The notes under the pieces were generated by a model, which was not told where the DNA came from, made no database searches, and saw only the letters and a program-made list of their open reading frames with translations. A DNA stretch of 64,000 nt from Gekko japonicus (Eukaryota), in the NCBI RefSeq assembly GCF_001447785.1, contig NW_015168653.1, positions 1 to 64,000 of the forward strand, read 5' to 3'. How positions within the stretch are numbered: position 1 is the first letter of the stretch; the number at the start of each line of letters is the position of its first letter. Below are positions 41,423 to 53,560 of the stretch, one piece after another. The translations under genes and the position numbers were made by a program.

Positions 41423-43428
41423 GAAGAGTATGAGAGTGCCAGATCACATAATTGTGCCATCACTGTCCTCAACCCCTTGCTATAGCCCCTATCTCATACA
41501 TGAACATTTTTCATCTGCTGGAAAAAAGACATTCCTTATTTGCTTTGTTTCTAACTTTTAGTCTTTAAGAGTAGTTAATTTATTTATATCAGAAGGACAA
41601 ATGGAAATTGATTGGGCAGCTGGTTCAAATGTAATTAATGAAACATTCACCTTTGAATGAAAATACTGCTGTTTTCTTAATAAGGTGCTGGCCTTAGTTT
41701 ATGTGTACTGAAGACCCCGATCCGTTACTGACATGAACAAGTCAAAGTCAGTTTCCTGTTAGAAGGGTCACCACTTCATAATGCTAGTTCACATTTTTGA
41801 AAAGGAAAAAAAAGGTTCTCCACACATAGAAAACCAGTGTAGCAGGGATCAAGGAACAATTCCCTAATTTGTTACAAGTATTTTTTTGGTGGTTTTTAAC
41901 ACAGGGGAGCATTAACAATGTGATCCTCCAGCTTCTGAAATCCAGTTTATCACCTCAAGGCTCTGCCACAAGCAAGCCGTATCAGTCCTGTTGATCCTTA
42001 TCTCATAGATGAAGCCCTGGAGCCCAGCTTTACATTGATTGTGGACCCCCCAGTTCTTCTCTGTTGTTAGTGCCCTGAGGTGATAATGTTCTACTGTGCA
42101 ACACTGTCACGCAAATTGGTCAAGGGATGCTACCAGGGGTGCCCAGGCATCCCCTCACCTGACTGTTTGACCTGACATGAGGGAACTGAGGGAGGTAAGT
42201 GGCTTAACAGGGCAATGAGGATGGCTATTCCTGCCTTGCGTGCAGCGCAGTAGCTGTCAGATAAGCAAAAACAAAAACAAAATGGCAGTCACATAAGCTG
42301 ACACTACCTTTTTACCATTTCCCCAGATGCTGCAAAGCAAGTACACTTAGCCAAATGAGAACAATTGATTATCATGTCCATTAATGTCTCTGAATCAGAA
42401 GATTACAACTAAAAACAGCACAAGCACTGCAGGAACATTACTGGTTTTTGAAAGAAATTGTGGTAGGGGGGGAATAGGCAGAAAACCTTCATTCGCTAAT
42501 GCCTCTAAATTGCATGCTTTCACATGGTTACCTGACAAATAGTAAATAAGCAGAAGCCTATGGTTGCTATGGTTACCAGCAACAGAATTCTTTGGCCCGT
42601 TTTTGTCTTCTAATGTCTGATGGATTTGTTTTCAAGTCAGTATGGACCTCTAAAAGGGACTTTTGAAAGTGCTTTTACTCTTTTCTTTTTTTTGCATTTG
42701 TAATTTTCTGAAGTCATGCTTGATCTGAAGGAAATACAGACCGTGTTTGTATTTTTTAGAAAAGTTTTGATTATTTAGAACCATGTCCTCTTAAAAATGT
42801 GCCCTTCCTCAGAGATGTGTTGATCTCCGGACTGGCTGCTCCATTTAAAAACAAAAACAAAAAACTAGCACGCCAAGTCTTTGTTTTACCAATAGGCAGT
42901 GCTTACTGAAAACAGATCCTGAACACTATAAGAAAAGTGCTGCTCAACATGGCTGCCTTCTTTCGTATTTGACTGCACTTCCTCCTGCCTAGTATCATGT
43001 TTAGGGGTACTGACAAATCATGCTTCACTGTTACATGAAGGTACTTGGAAGATGCTCTCTCTTTTTCTACTTCCCTCATGTTCAAAAATCTAATGAAAGA
43101 CTTCCACAGGAAACTGTGTTTTGCGAATACATCCAAAATACAAACTGTGGATTTTTCTCTTCCCACAAACCAGGATTCCAAACAAGGATTAAGCTAAATT
43201 CAGGGAAGACAGTAAATGAGAAGTTGTGGTTTAAGCGTATCAAGAAGCTATAGTTTTCCACAAGCACTACATAAGTGGGAAAAGAGAGGGAGCCATCTTT
43301 TTTGTTTGTTTTAACTTATTTAATTTTAGATAAACTAGCTAAGTGGTGCTTGTCACTGCTAGCAAGTCTACCAGAATTTGGTGGTGCGTTCAACCTGATT
43401 ATGAACTTGGTCAGTGCTACTGCTGCTT

Positions 43429-43668
43429 TAAGAACATAAGAACATAAGAGACGCCAATGTTGGATCAGGCCAAAGGCCCATCTAGTCCAACACTCTGTCA
43501 CACAGTGGCCAAAAATACCAGGTGCCATCAGGAGGTCCACCAGTGGGGCCAGGACTTTAGAAGCCCTCCCACTGTTGGCCCCCCCCAAGCACCAAGAAGA
43601 CAGAGCATCACTTGCCCCAGAGCCCCTATGTATACCTTGTGGCTAATAGCCACTGATGGACCTCTGCT
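43429..43668 (-). mobile_element. CR1 3' UTR fragment
   Basis: taagaacataagaacataagagacgccaatgttggatcaggcc...; inverted homolog of 27595-27752. Confidence 0.88.
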
Positions 43669-44335
43669 TTCATTGCTACCCACTAAATTAGGACCTTATC
43701 AGTCTATTCTAACCAGATCTGTTTAAATAAGCTTGCTCCATCTTGAGCTAAATTTTAAATGCTCACCAGTTTCCGCTTGCCCAATAAACACACAGGTAAA
43801 TTGCATTGGATGAACTTTTGCCAGGACAGCTTGGAGACAAGAATGTAGAGTCAGCCCCCTGGCAAGATTCAGCAGAGGTTTCAGGCGTTCTTGTCAGTCA
43901 CTCCTGGAGGTGGGGCATTAGTGGGAAACAAGCCAGGTGCAAGTCAGGATATCATGTTGATACATAACACAAAAAACATGGCTAAGACAAACTACTATTA
44001 ATAAACCATCTTCAGATCCTGATGTCAGATCCTATTTTCATGGAGGCTAACAAACTAACCATAGTAGCTAGTGTAGTGACTCATATCCAGGCTTTCTTAC
44101 CTGTAGATATGTAAATTTTGGGGAAACGTAAATGGAAAAGGAGAGGAACCATTCATAGCTTTGGCGAGCAAAGGATGAAGACGAGATGGAGGAGTGCTGC
44201 TGATAGATGAATGCCTCCAACTGTGCAAAAGCTGTATGTACAGCCTAATTTAGCAGCTTTTGAAAGCTGACAACCTATCACCTGGTAACCAGGTATGTGT
44301 GGTTGGCAGCTAGTGTTAGAAATAAATTCTAAGAG

Positions 44336-45087
44336 TGTCAGGAATCAAAGAAGAGGTGATCAGGGCTTCCTCCTGAAACTTTAACCATTTTAGCACAGGG
44401 TTCTTTTTATCAAGCTTCATGTTACCAAGAGAGAAAGAAACCAGAGGTCCAGAGTTCTTGAATAGAGTTGCAGCTTTTATGGAATACAGTACATTGCAAA
44501 TTCATCCGAAAGCATATACTCACTGAGGGTGGCTGGCCACACCCAAGAGCTTGACACCGACCTGTCAGGAGAAATCTAACAAGGGAGATTTCTGCCTTAC
44601 CCCTGAGCAGTCTCTGGTTTTATTAAAAAATATGCCTGTTCTCCCAAAATGGCTAGTCAAGCCTTAGGTATTGAAGCTGACTGATCAGGAGAGAAGACCT
44701 TTCGAGGATGTTCTCTGCCTCACCTCAGGCATCTCAGGATGTTATAGTTAGTTCTTCCTTCTTTGTACCTTCACCTCCCTGTCAGGGGAGTCTTGCCATG
44801 TATCTTGGCATCCATTGTTTTTGGTTCTGTGGTCTCATGGTGGTGGTGGTGGTCTTGACTCACTGCCTGGAGACCTGGTGGGACTTGCCTATCACAGACC
44901 TCTGTACCTTCATCTCCCTGTCAGGGGAGTCTTGCCATATATCCTGGCACCCATTGTTTCTGGTTCTGTGGTCTCGTGGTGGTGGTGGTGGTGGTGGTCT
45001 TGACTCACAGCCTGGAGACCTGGTGGGACTTGCCTATCACAGACCTTCTGGGGCCATTCTGATTTTGTCTGGAGCTTTCTTTTGACA
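44336..45087 (-). mobile_element. Candidate solo LTR with an internal ~140-bp tandem duplication
   Basis: TGTCA...TGACA termini; duplicated unit at about 44764-44903 and 44904-45046; no convincing TSD. Confidence 0.4.
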
Positions 45088-46174
45088 AATGTCATTGCTT
45101 GTGGCTTAGTCTTTTTTTTGTTCCCGATAGGGAGTGGATGAGAGCACTTTCCAGTCACTGGGCAGAGGTCACCCAAAGCCTTTCTCCACTGCTGTCTTCT
45201 AACCTTGGTCTTCAGCCTCCAGTAATATACTCACACATTCATTCTTCTTCATTACCTTTTGGCCCTACCAGGGCAGGTACTTTATTTACACATTTACTTA
45301 TGGGCTGTGGGTTGCACCCCAGCTACATGAGTTCATTTTCAAGCTGCCAGCTTCCCACTTAGATTTTTTTGCAAAATTTTCTGCCTCCTCAAGAGAAAAC
45401 CACACAAACAGTGAATTTTGCCACCTGCTGCATGATACAAAATTGCACTCCCAGCTTCTGTTTCTGCCTGTTCCATGGCTGGTTGGTCTGAAAAACACTT
45501 CCAAGCTTTAACATTGCTTAGCTAAACCTTACAAAACCCTATAGGCTCAAAAAAATATGTACCTGACACTACACAGCCAGCCACTACTTCATTGCACAAA
45601 TTCAAAAATGCTTGCAATGCTGCTCATTTTGAATTCTGAGTAAATCTTCAAGACAATCAAAATAGAGGTGCTCAACTTGACAAAAACTAGGTAATTCAAA
45701 CAAGATAAGTTCAAATGTCAATTGGATTTTGCAGCATTCGTGCACTGGTGATGCTGGCGAAGCAGAAATAGTGTAATAATGTCTGAACACAGGGCAAGTT
45801 CTACTGCACATTTGCTACATGTAGCAGAGCCAGTGTGGTGTAGAGGTTAGAATGCCAAGCTAGGACTGGGTGGTAGCTCAACAGGCAAAACATTTAACAC
45901 TTAGGTAATTCACACCTAATTGCTTTGTTGGAGTTTCCAGGAAAGGTAGTTTTCAAAATGGGTGTGGAGGGTGTCCTCAGAATAACTAGTTTATAGTAAA
46001 GATAATACTGTTCATTTCTAAGAAGGCTGTGGCAGCAGGAAGTATACCTGTTTGCTTCCCACACTTCCCCATTCTGTCATGAAGCTCAATGGGGGTGGTC
46101 TTTGGTCAGTCACTGTCTCTTAGCCAAACCTACTTCCCAACAAACACTGTTGTGAGAATAAAATGGGAGAGAAC

Positions 46175-46579
46175 CAGGGGTCATTTCTTCCAGGAGCGCA
46201 CAGGAGCGGAGCTCTGGCAGTAAAGAGCCCAGGGGGCGGGCATGTGCAACAAGCCCCACCCCCTGCTCCCAGCAGCCCTCAGTCAGAGCAAGAAGCAGCC
46301 AGGTAAGTTGCAGAGCTCCCTCCGGCCCAAAACAGTCCAGTGGCACCAAGACCAGGTTTTATTCAGGTACAAGCTCTCCCTCCTCTGCGAGGACAGATCT
46401 GCACGTCCCCGTCCCCCCAATAGCTAGGAATCCAAAACAGTCCAGTGGAGCCTGAGCGGTGGGTGTTGCTTTCTGACACACTTCCGGTGATGTCAGGGGG
46501 TGTGGCATATGCAAATAACTTATGCTGATGAGTTATGCTAATGAGCTCCTGCACCTTTTTTTCTATGAAATGACCCCTG
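46175..46579. mobile_element. Non-autonomous hAT element inserted in a Squam3-like SINE
   Basis: TIRs CAGGGGTCATTTC / GAAATGACCCCTG; exact TSD GAGAGAAC. Confidence 0.92.
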
Positions 46580-47925
46580 GAGAGAACCATGTAGGCTGTC
46601 CTGAACTTTTTGGAAGGAGGAATAAAAGTTACTTGGGGTGTGTCTTACCCTACCAGATGGGTGATTTCCAGGTAGTCCGCCACATAGTGTAATTCTTTTT
46701 CAGTCACATACTGGACCCTTTGTAGGTGCAATTCAGTATTACTGCATAGGTCAGGGAAATGATTTTCTTAAGCAATAGTGTTTCGCAGCTGTTCTCTTTT
46801 GTTTTGTCTTCCCTGTCTCTCTCAGCCACCCCTCCCCTCAAGGTACTTGTTGTGGTGAGAGGAAGGGAAGGAGAGCATAAGCCACTTTGACACTCCTTAG
46901 GGTAGAGAAAAGTGGCATATAAAACCAACTGTTCTTAATGAAGAAGCAAGAAATAGTAGCAAAATGCTGCCACAGTGCGTAGAGGGCTAGGTAGAACTAA
47001 CATCTTCCTAGAATCAGAATGGGAGAGTAATTAAGGATGGAGCAAGAGCAGTCAGGGAATATGGCAAAGCAAGCCTCATTCATTCCCATAAGTGGACATT
47101 TAAGAAATTATCAGCCTTCATCACTTTTCCCACTGAATAGGCAAGTCTCTTGTGTTTACCCTCAATGAATCCTAGATTTGATAAAACTAAACCAGCGCTT
47201 GTTTAATTGGTGGAACAAAAATATTAGATTTCTCCTTTGTATTTCAACATGTGCTGATTTATGCCGCATAGTTGAGGATGAAGACTCTATTTGACTACCA
47301 ACATCAGAAAAGTAATACTGAAGAGAAATTTTTAAAAAATCAAAGAAATTTGCATGGTGCTTTCCCCCCCATATAAGATGAATTAATTCAAAACCTTTTC
47401 CATTTACATACATCTCCAGGACTCATTTTCACAGCTGTTGGCTCTGTCAACTAGATAGCTGCATTTCAGATTCATTTTAGCATAAATGGTAGAAAGTGTA
47501 CTTTCAACTAAAAATATCCTGCTCTGAAGGAAAGATTGCTACTTGCTGAACTTAAAACCACTGTACACTGTCTTATTATTTTCTTAAACCTGGTGCTTTC
47601 CAATACAGGGAACTTTAATAATAGGAAAGATTTAAATTCTATTGGGATACCACTAGAATAAGGAATGTTTTAAATGGAAGGTTTGGTTTTCATCAAAATG
47701 AAAAGGTTATCTAGCTTTTGTTTAGAAGTAACATTTATACCTTCTAAAAATAAATGAGGTACCATAGAACGCTTGAGCCATTTATTTTCTGTGGAGAAAG
47801 TATTTAGGAGGGGAAGGTTTCCTTTTGACTAATTTTTAAGCAGCTGATGTACATGCAGCAGAAGTCCTGGTGGGGGGGGGGAATAAACTTCATGCATTCC
47901 ACATGTAACTCCAGTTTCTCCCAAC

Positions 47926-48148
47926 TAGGGTTGCCAGCTTTGGGTTGGGAAAAACCTGTAGATTTTGGAGATAGGGCCTGAGAAGGTTGGGGTTTGGGTG
48001 GGGTGGGAGGGAAGGGAGCTCAGGAATAATGCCATAGAGTCCACATCCCATAGCTACCCATTTTCACCAGGGGAACTGGTCTCTGCCATTTGGAAAACAG
48101 TTGTATTCTGGGAGATCTCCAGACCTGACTTGGGAGTCGGCAACCCTA
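47926..48148. mobile_element. Older Blackjack-like MITE
   Basis: TAGGGTTGCCA / GGCAACCCTA ends; TSD not preserved. Confidence 0.75.
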
Positions 48149-49159
48149 ACTGCAGCCAAGGGTCCATTTATGGGACCTGGATAGATTAATAGGAGGAGGG
48201 ATGAAAAGGGGAAAGCAGTGGTGTCTCCAGTGCACTAGCTTCCACTGCTTGTAACCAGGGGGATGTTGTTGTTGTTGTTCAGTCGCACAGTCGAGTCCGA
48301 CTCTTTGCGACCCCATGGACCAGCTCCCACTAGGCCCTCCTGTCTTCCGCCGTCCTCTGAAGTTGGCTCAATTTCATGTTCGTTGCATCGATGACACTGT
48401 CTAACCATCTCAACCTTTGCCGTCTCCGTCTTCTTTGACCTTCAATCTTTCCCAGCATCAGGGTCTTCTCCAGTGAGTGCTCCCTTCTCATTTGGTGGCC
48501 AAAGAATTTGAGCTTCAGTTTCATTATCTGGCCTTCCAGGGAACAGTCAGGGTTGATTTCTTTTAGGATTGACTGATTTGATCTTCTTGCAGTCCAAGGG
48601 ACTCTCAAGAGTCTTCTCCAGCACCATAGTTCAAAAGAATCTATTCTTCGGCACTCGGCCTTCCTTATAGTCCAACTCTCGCAGCCATACATGACTACTG
48701 GGAATACCATTGCTTTGACCATGCGGACTTTTGTTGGCAGGGTGATGTCTCTACTTTTTATCATGCTGTTTAGGTTCGCCATTGCTTTCCTCCCAAGGAG
48801 CAGGCGTCTTTTAATTTCATGGCTGCTGTCACAGTCTGCGGTGATCTGGGATCCCAGGAACGTGAAGTCTGTCACTACTTTCTGAAGATACCAAACTCTA
48901 AATTTTGCTGATCAGATATCTAGAAGAAACTGTCCCCATTCAGTGTCTGGAAACAATGGCCAAGTGAATGAGGGTAAAAATTCAGACGAATCCCAGTATG
49001 ACACAGCTAATGTCATTTATTTATCTCCATCAAAGTGGCCATTTAGTATTACAAAGCCAAGCTTATTGATCAGTTGGTCAAAGACTATCTCATGTTTTTT
49101 AACTAAAGAATCTTTTGTATTCCTCCAGCATTATAAAATTCACCAACATTTCCCCTAAC

Positions 49160-49880
49160 TTTTAAATTACTGTTTCCAATGTGAGCATTAAGATCACCTA
49201 ACAATATTATTTGTGCCTTGGGATATTTAACTTCAAGTTCATAGATGTAATTTTCCAAGTCAGGCCAACAGTTCTCATAACAAAAGGATGAGGTTGCACC
49301 ATATCACCTAGATATTTTACCACTTGCAGTCTTGGAAGGTCGTTTTAATGGGATACCATAAAGGAAAAGAGTCTGCTTCTGTATTCAAAAGTCTATTGAG
49401 GATCTATTCCACATCACATTTCAATGTACAAGATATGAGGGTGAACAGAATAGATTTGTGTGGGCCACAGTATCCCGTTTCCCAGGAAGGTCAGATCAGG
49501 AGAAATTAGTTATATTACTGTCAGATAGAGACAAAGTCATTACTCTCCAAATGGGAAGATTTGCTGCCAGCATTATGAAGGATAAAAAGACGATGAGGCA
49601 TGCTGACGATAGTATGTCTAACCCGTGACTGCTTCACTCTCAGACAATTATTTGCCATCTTTTATTTGTCTCTGGATTGTAAGATCTTTCTCTCTTACTT
49701 TGAGATGTACAATTTTAATGATATTTTGTATTTTAATACTAATTGGAAAATGTATAATTTTAAAATTATTTTCTTATTTCCCTTTTGATTTTATCTAGGT
49801 GGAACCTCCACCTTATTCTGTATTGTTGCTATGGCTTTTCTTTGCTAATGCAATAAAGACTGATTGATTATTTATTTATT
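49160..49880 (+). mobile_element. Degraded LINE 3' end (RTE-X-like), inside the BovB
   Basis: Manual translation LDILPLAVLEGRFNGIP*RKRVCFC...EDLFHITFQC (Cys/His motif); AATAAA and (TGAT/TTAT)n tail. Confidence 0.55.
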
Positions 49881-50035
49881 TGCAGCATTTATAGTGCACT
49901 TTTCTTCAAAAAAGACTCAATGCCAGTTGGCAATGCCAGTGTTCTGGATGATATTTATTTTCCTCTGATTAACATAGTCAATGTTCTACCATTTCCCACC
50001 TCTAGCTTTTCTATATCCCACCACCTAACCTAAAT

Positions 50036-50149
50036 AAGCCAGTTTGGTGTAGTGGTTAAGTGTGTGGATTCTAATCTGAGAGAACCGGGTTTGATTCCCC
50101 ACTCCTCCACTTGCACCTGGCTGAACAACCTTGGGCAAGCCATAGTTCT
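50036..50149 (+). mobile_element. Squam3-like SINE 5' half, inside the BovB
   Basis: agccagtttggtgtagtggttaag...ggtttgattcccc (A and B boxes). Confidence 0.8.
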
Positions 50150-50512
50150 GCGACGACCTAGCCACAGTGATCCATGTGACGGTCACCTCGAGGCTAGACC
50201 ATTGTAACGCTCTCTACATGGGGCTGCCTTTGTTGCAAATCCGGAAGCTGCAGCTGGTGCAGAATCCTGCAGCCAGGCTGTTGATGGGCCTTCCTAGGGG
50301 GGCACACATCCAGCCCGTGCTGAAAGCGCTGCACTGGCTGCCGATAGCATACCGGATTCGCTTCAAAGTGCTGGTTCTTACCTTTAAAGCCCTAGATGGC
50401 CAGCGTCCGACATACCTATGGGACCTCCTCTCCCCATATGTTCCCCAATGAGCACTACGGTCTGGGACTAAACATCTCCTGTTGGTTCCAGGTCCCAAAG
50501 AGGCCAGACTAG
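50150..50512 (+). mobile_element. L2 LINE ORF2 fragment, inside the BovB
   Basis: VTSRLDHCNALYMGLP...LQLVQNPAARLL...LHWLPIAYRIRFKVLVLTFKAL. Confidence 0.9.
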
Positions 50513-51697
50513 CGACTTGGATTACTGTGATGTTGAATGGTTTGCCTTGGAATCGGACCAAAATCATTCTGTCATTTTTGAGATTGTATCCCAGTACTGA
50601 CCCCTGCACTCTCTTGTTGACTATAAAGGCCACACCATTTTTTCTACGAGATTCCTGGCCACAGTAGTAGATATAATGGTCTTCTGAGTTAAATTCGCCC
50701 ATTCCTGTCCACTTAAGTTCACTGATTCCTAAGATATCGATGTTCAGTCTTGCCATCTCATTTTTGACCACGTCAAGCTTACCTTGATTCATAGATCTTA
50801 CATTCCAGGTTCCTATGCAGTATTGTTCTTTGCAGCATCGGACTTTCCTTTCACCATCAGACACATCCACAACTGAGCGTCCTTTTGGCTTTGGCCCAGC
50901 CGCTTCACTCTTTCTGGGGTTACTTGTACTTGCCCTCTGCTCTTCCTCAGTAGCATATTGGACACCTTCCGACCTGAGGGGCTCATCTTCCGGCATCATA
51001 TCTTTTAGCCTTTTGATACTGTCCATGGGGTTTTCTTGGCAAAGATACTGGAGTGGGTTGCCATTACCTTCTCCAGGGGATCATACTTGGTCTGAGTTCT
51101 CTGCTGTGCCCTGTCCATCTTGGGTGGCCCTTCAAGGCATAGCCCACAGCTTCATCGAACCGCGCAAGCCCCCTCGCCACGACAAGGCAGTGATCCATGA
51201 GGGGGAGGGGGATGTTACCAGTAGGCAAAACAAAGGAAAATGCTGTTTCAAAACAAAAGCCAATAGACCACTTAATTGCCTGTTATTCTTCAGAAATAGA
51301 ACTCACAATACAAATGGGCTTATTCAACAAAGAGGGGAAGAAATCAAAGTAGGGCATGCTTGTACAAAAACTCAATCAGGCAGCCCAATTGACGGCACAA
51401 TCGTAAAGGGAGTTGCATCCTTCTAAGACAGTTAACTTCAAAAGACTTAGAAGAGTGTAACTCTTTAGACAGTCCTCCTCAGATCACTTGCTTTTCCCTT
51501 TCTCTTCAGAAACCTCTTTTCTCTTTTTCTCAGTCTCTATCCTCTATTCTCAGGGTCCCCCCCACAAAAAAAATCCCTCACATATTGCACAAGGGGCAAA
51601 TCCATACTGTTACACACATATGCACAGAGTAACCCTGGTCCCCCTAAATAAGGGTGTGTGTTTAGATATAATTTCGGGTATTTGGAAATGTGGGAAT

Positions 51698-52207
51698 ATT
51701 TGTTTATTTATTTGTTTATTTATTTGTTTATTTATCCGCCCTCCCCAGCGGGCTCAGGGCGGCTACAACAAAGGCAATTGCCATAACAACAGTTAAAACA
51801 ACATAAAAACAATCATTAAACAGTATAAAACAATCCTTAAGTAAAGTGCGGTGCTCTTGATGTTAAATTTTTCTTAATCCAAGATGAGTTCCATTCATCA
51901 ACCTAACCTGACAACATGCATTCTTTGGTTAACTAGGCGTCTGCCCAGGGTCGGCTCACCTCCAGATCCAATCCACCGTTGAAGATGGCAACTTGGTGGT
52001 GGTACAGTGACGGCGGCGGCTCCTATGCAAAGGCCTGGCGGAAGAGCTCCATCTTGCAAGCCCTGCGGAACTGTGCCAGGTCCCACAGGGCCCGAACCTG
52101 CTCTGGGAGCTCATTCCACCAGACAGGAGCCGCCGCCAAAAAAATCCCTGGCCCTGGTTGCAGCCAGCTTGATGTCCTTGGGGCCGGGAACCACCAATAG
52201 GAAGTAG
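51698..52207 (-). mobile_element. L2 LINE 3' end
   Basis: The reverse strand encodes ...APVWWNELPEQVRALWDLAQFRRACKMELFRQAF*, then a 3' UTR and (TAAA)n tail. Confidence 0.85.
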
Positions 52208-52225
52208 TTTCTAAATCTCAGTCTG

Positions 52226-52410
52226 AGCCACTTCCGCACTGTCATTTTTGTCACTCATTTGTCCCTATTGCTTCAGGGTTTCCCCCCCCCCCAATGTGTT
52301 TTGCTCTCTCTAGTAGTCCCAGAGGGAGCAAAACACATGTGGGAATGGGTGGGGGGGACCCAAAGCAATAAGGACCAAAGAGTGACAAAAATGACAGTAC
52401 AGGGTGCAGA
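52226..52410. mobile_element. Fold-back MITE / hairpin
   Basis: actgtcatttttgtcactc (52238-56) is the exact reverse complement of 52380-98; the arms extend imperfectly to about 55 bp. Confidence 0.7.
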
Positions 52411-52823
52411 TTGCTTTAGATTGCATTCTGACCTGAGTTTTAATACACATCCCCATTTATATCAACCAGACACATATTTTTATCAGTTATGTGAGATGGA
52501 TCAGGACTAAGCATATTTAGAGGCTTTCTGAATGTAATATCTGTTGCATAATGACTAGTACAATAAAGTCAGGAGAGAGGTCTACCTTCATGAAAACATG
52601 GTGGTGATTTAAAACCACAGAACTTTCATCGGTATAAAGCTCCATGTTTCATTTTCACAGGTGCTGGATACTTGCCAAGATGAATTGGTGTGGCACAATC
52701 ATTTGGGGGAAATGAAAACATTGTACACATTTGAAAAATCAGAACATTTGTTCAGTCAAAATGGTTACATTTGAATATAGGTGAATGGCCTCAAATTCTG
52801 CACAGCTTGGATTTGAATAGTAA

Positions 52824-52885
52824 NNNNNNNNNNNNNNNNNNNNNNNNNNNNNNNNNNNNNNNNNNNNNNNNNNNNNNNNNNNNNN
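52824..52885. other. Assembly gap (62 N)
   Basis: Run of N. Confidence 1.
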
Positions 52886-53361
52886 TGCTTGTGGGGCAAA
52901 AGTAATGAACACATTATCAATACCAGCAATGAAAATGAACAGACCAAAACCATTCCCAATGAAAACTTAGTGGAACAAAGGAAATGAAAAGAGCACTTTG
53001 ATTTCATCCTGAGGTAAAAAACCTGGTTGCACAGTTTTGGTCCTTCAGTCCCCTTCAGAAATGAAAATATCTCCTTTCTTGTGGTTTGTTGCCATTTGTA
53101 CCTGTGACTTTGAATTCATTGTAATACATTCATTTCAATGGTTAGTAGGTCACTGAATAGGTCAGTATTGGTTTTAAACCCATTGCCTTTTAATGAACTA
53201 TGCCAATGATTGTTGGGATGGTTAAAAAGGTAATGTTTGGTAATGTTCCTGATAAACATAAAACCTAATGTTTTGGTAGTGTTTGGTAAGGACTAAAATA
53301 CTGTGGCTGTAAATGAAAGGGCCATACATACATGTTATGTAGACATTCCTGTTTGTATGTT

Positions 53362-53560
53362 GGTTTGGTGTAGTAGTTTGGTGTAGTGGTTAAACCAGCT
53401 TGGTGTAGTGCTTAAGTGTGTGGACTCTAATCTGGGAGAATCAGGTTTGATTCCCCACTCCTCCACTTGCAGCTGTTGGATGACCTTGGGCAAGCCATAG
53501 TTCTGTCAGAGCTGTCCTTGAAAGAGCAGTTCTTGAAAGAGCTCTCTCAGCCCCACCTGT
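53362..53560 (+). mobile_element. Squam3-like SINE with a stuttered 5' end, 3'-truncated
   Basis: Three successive ttggtgtagt starts, then the normal body. Confidence 0.8.

Larger units (their letters stand above)
48268..51205 (-). mobile_element. RTE-BovB LINE with both termini; the central RT region is replaced by unrelated DNA (48881-50512)
   Basis: 5' piece encodes an apurinic endonuclease (APE) domain (IGTWNVRSMNQGKL...ILGISELKW); 3' piece encodes the RT C-terminus (EIKRRLLLGRKAM...FELWCWRRLLRVPWTARRSN); (CAA)n tail; 11-bp TSD AGGGGGATGTT (48257-67, 51206-16). Confidence 0.9.

Noticed and set aside
40899-41447. 182-aa and overlapping Arg/Ala/Pro-rich ORFs
   Set aside because: By-product of a GC-rich MITE.
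50214-51026. 270-aa ORF, the longest in the window, as a novel gene
   Set aside because: It is the BovB endonuclease N-terminus reading through a junction into antisense L2 sequence; there is no independent evidence of a host gene.
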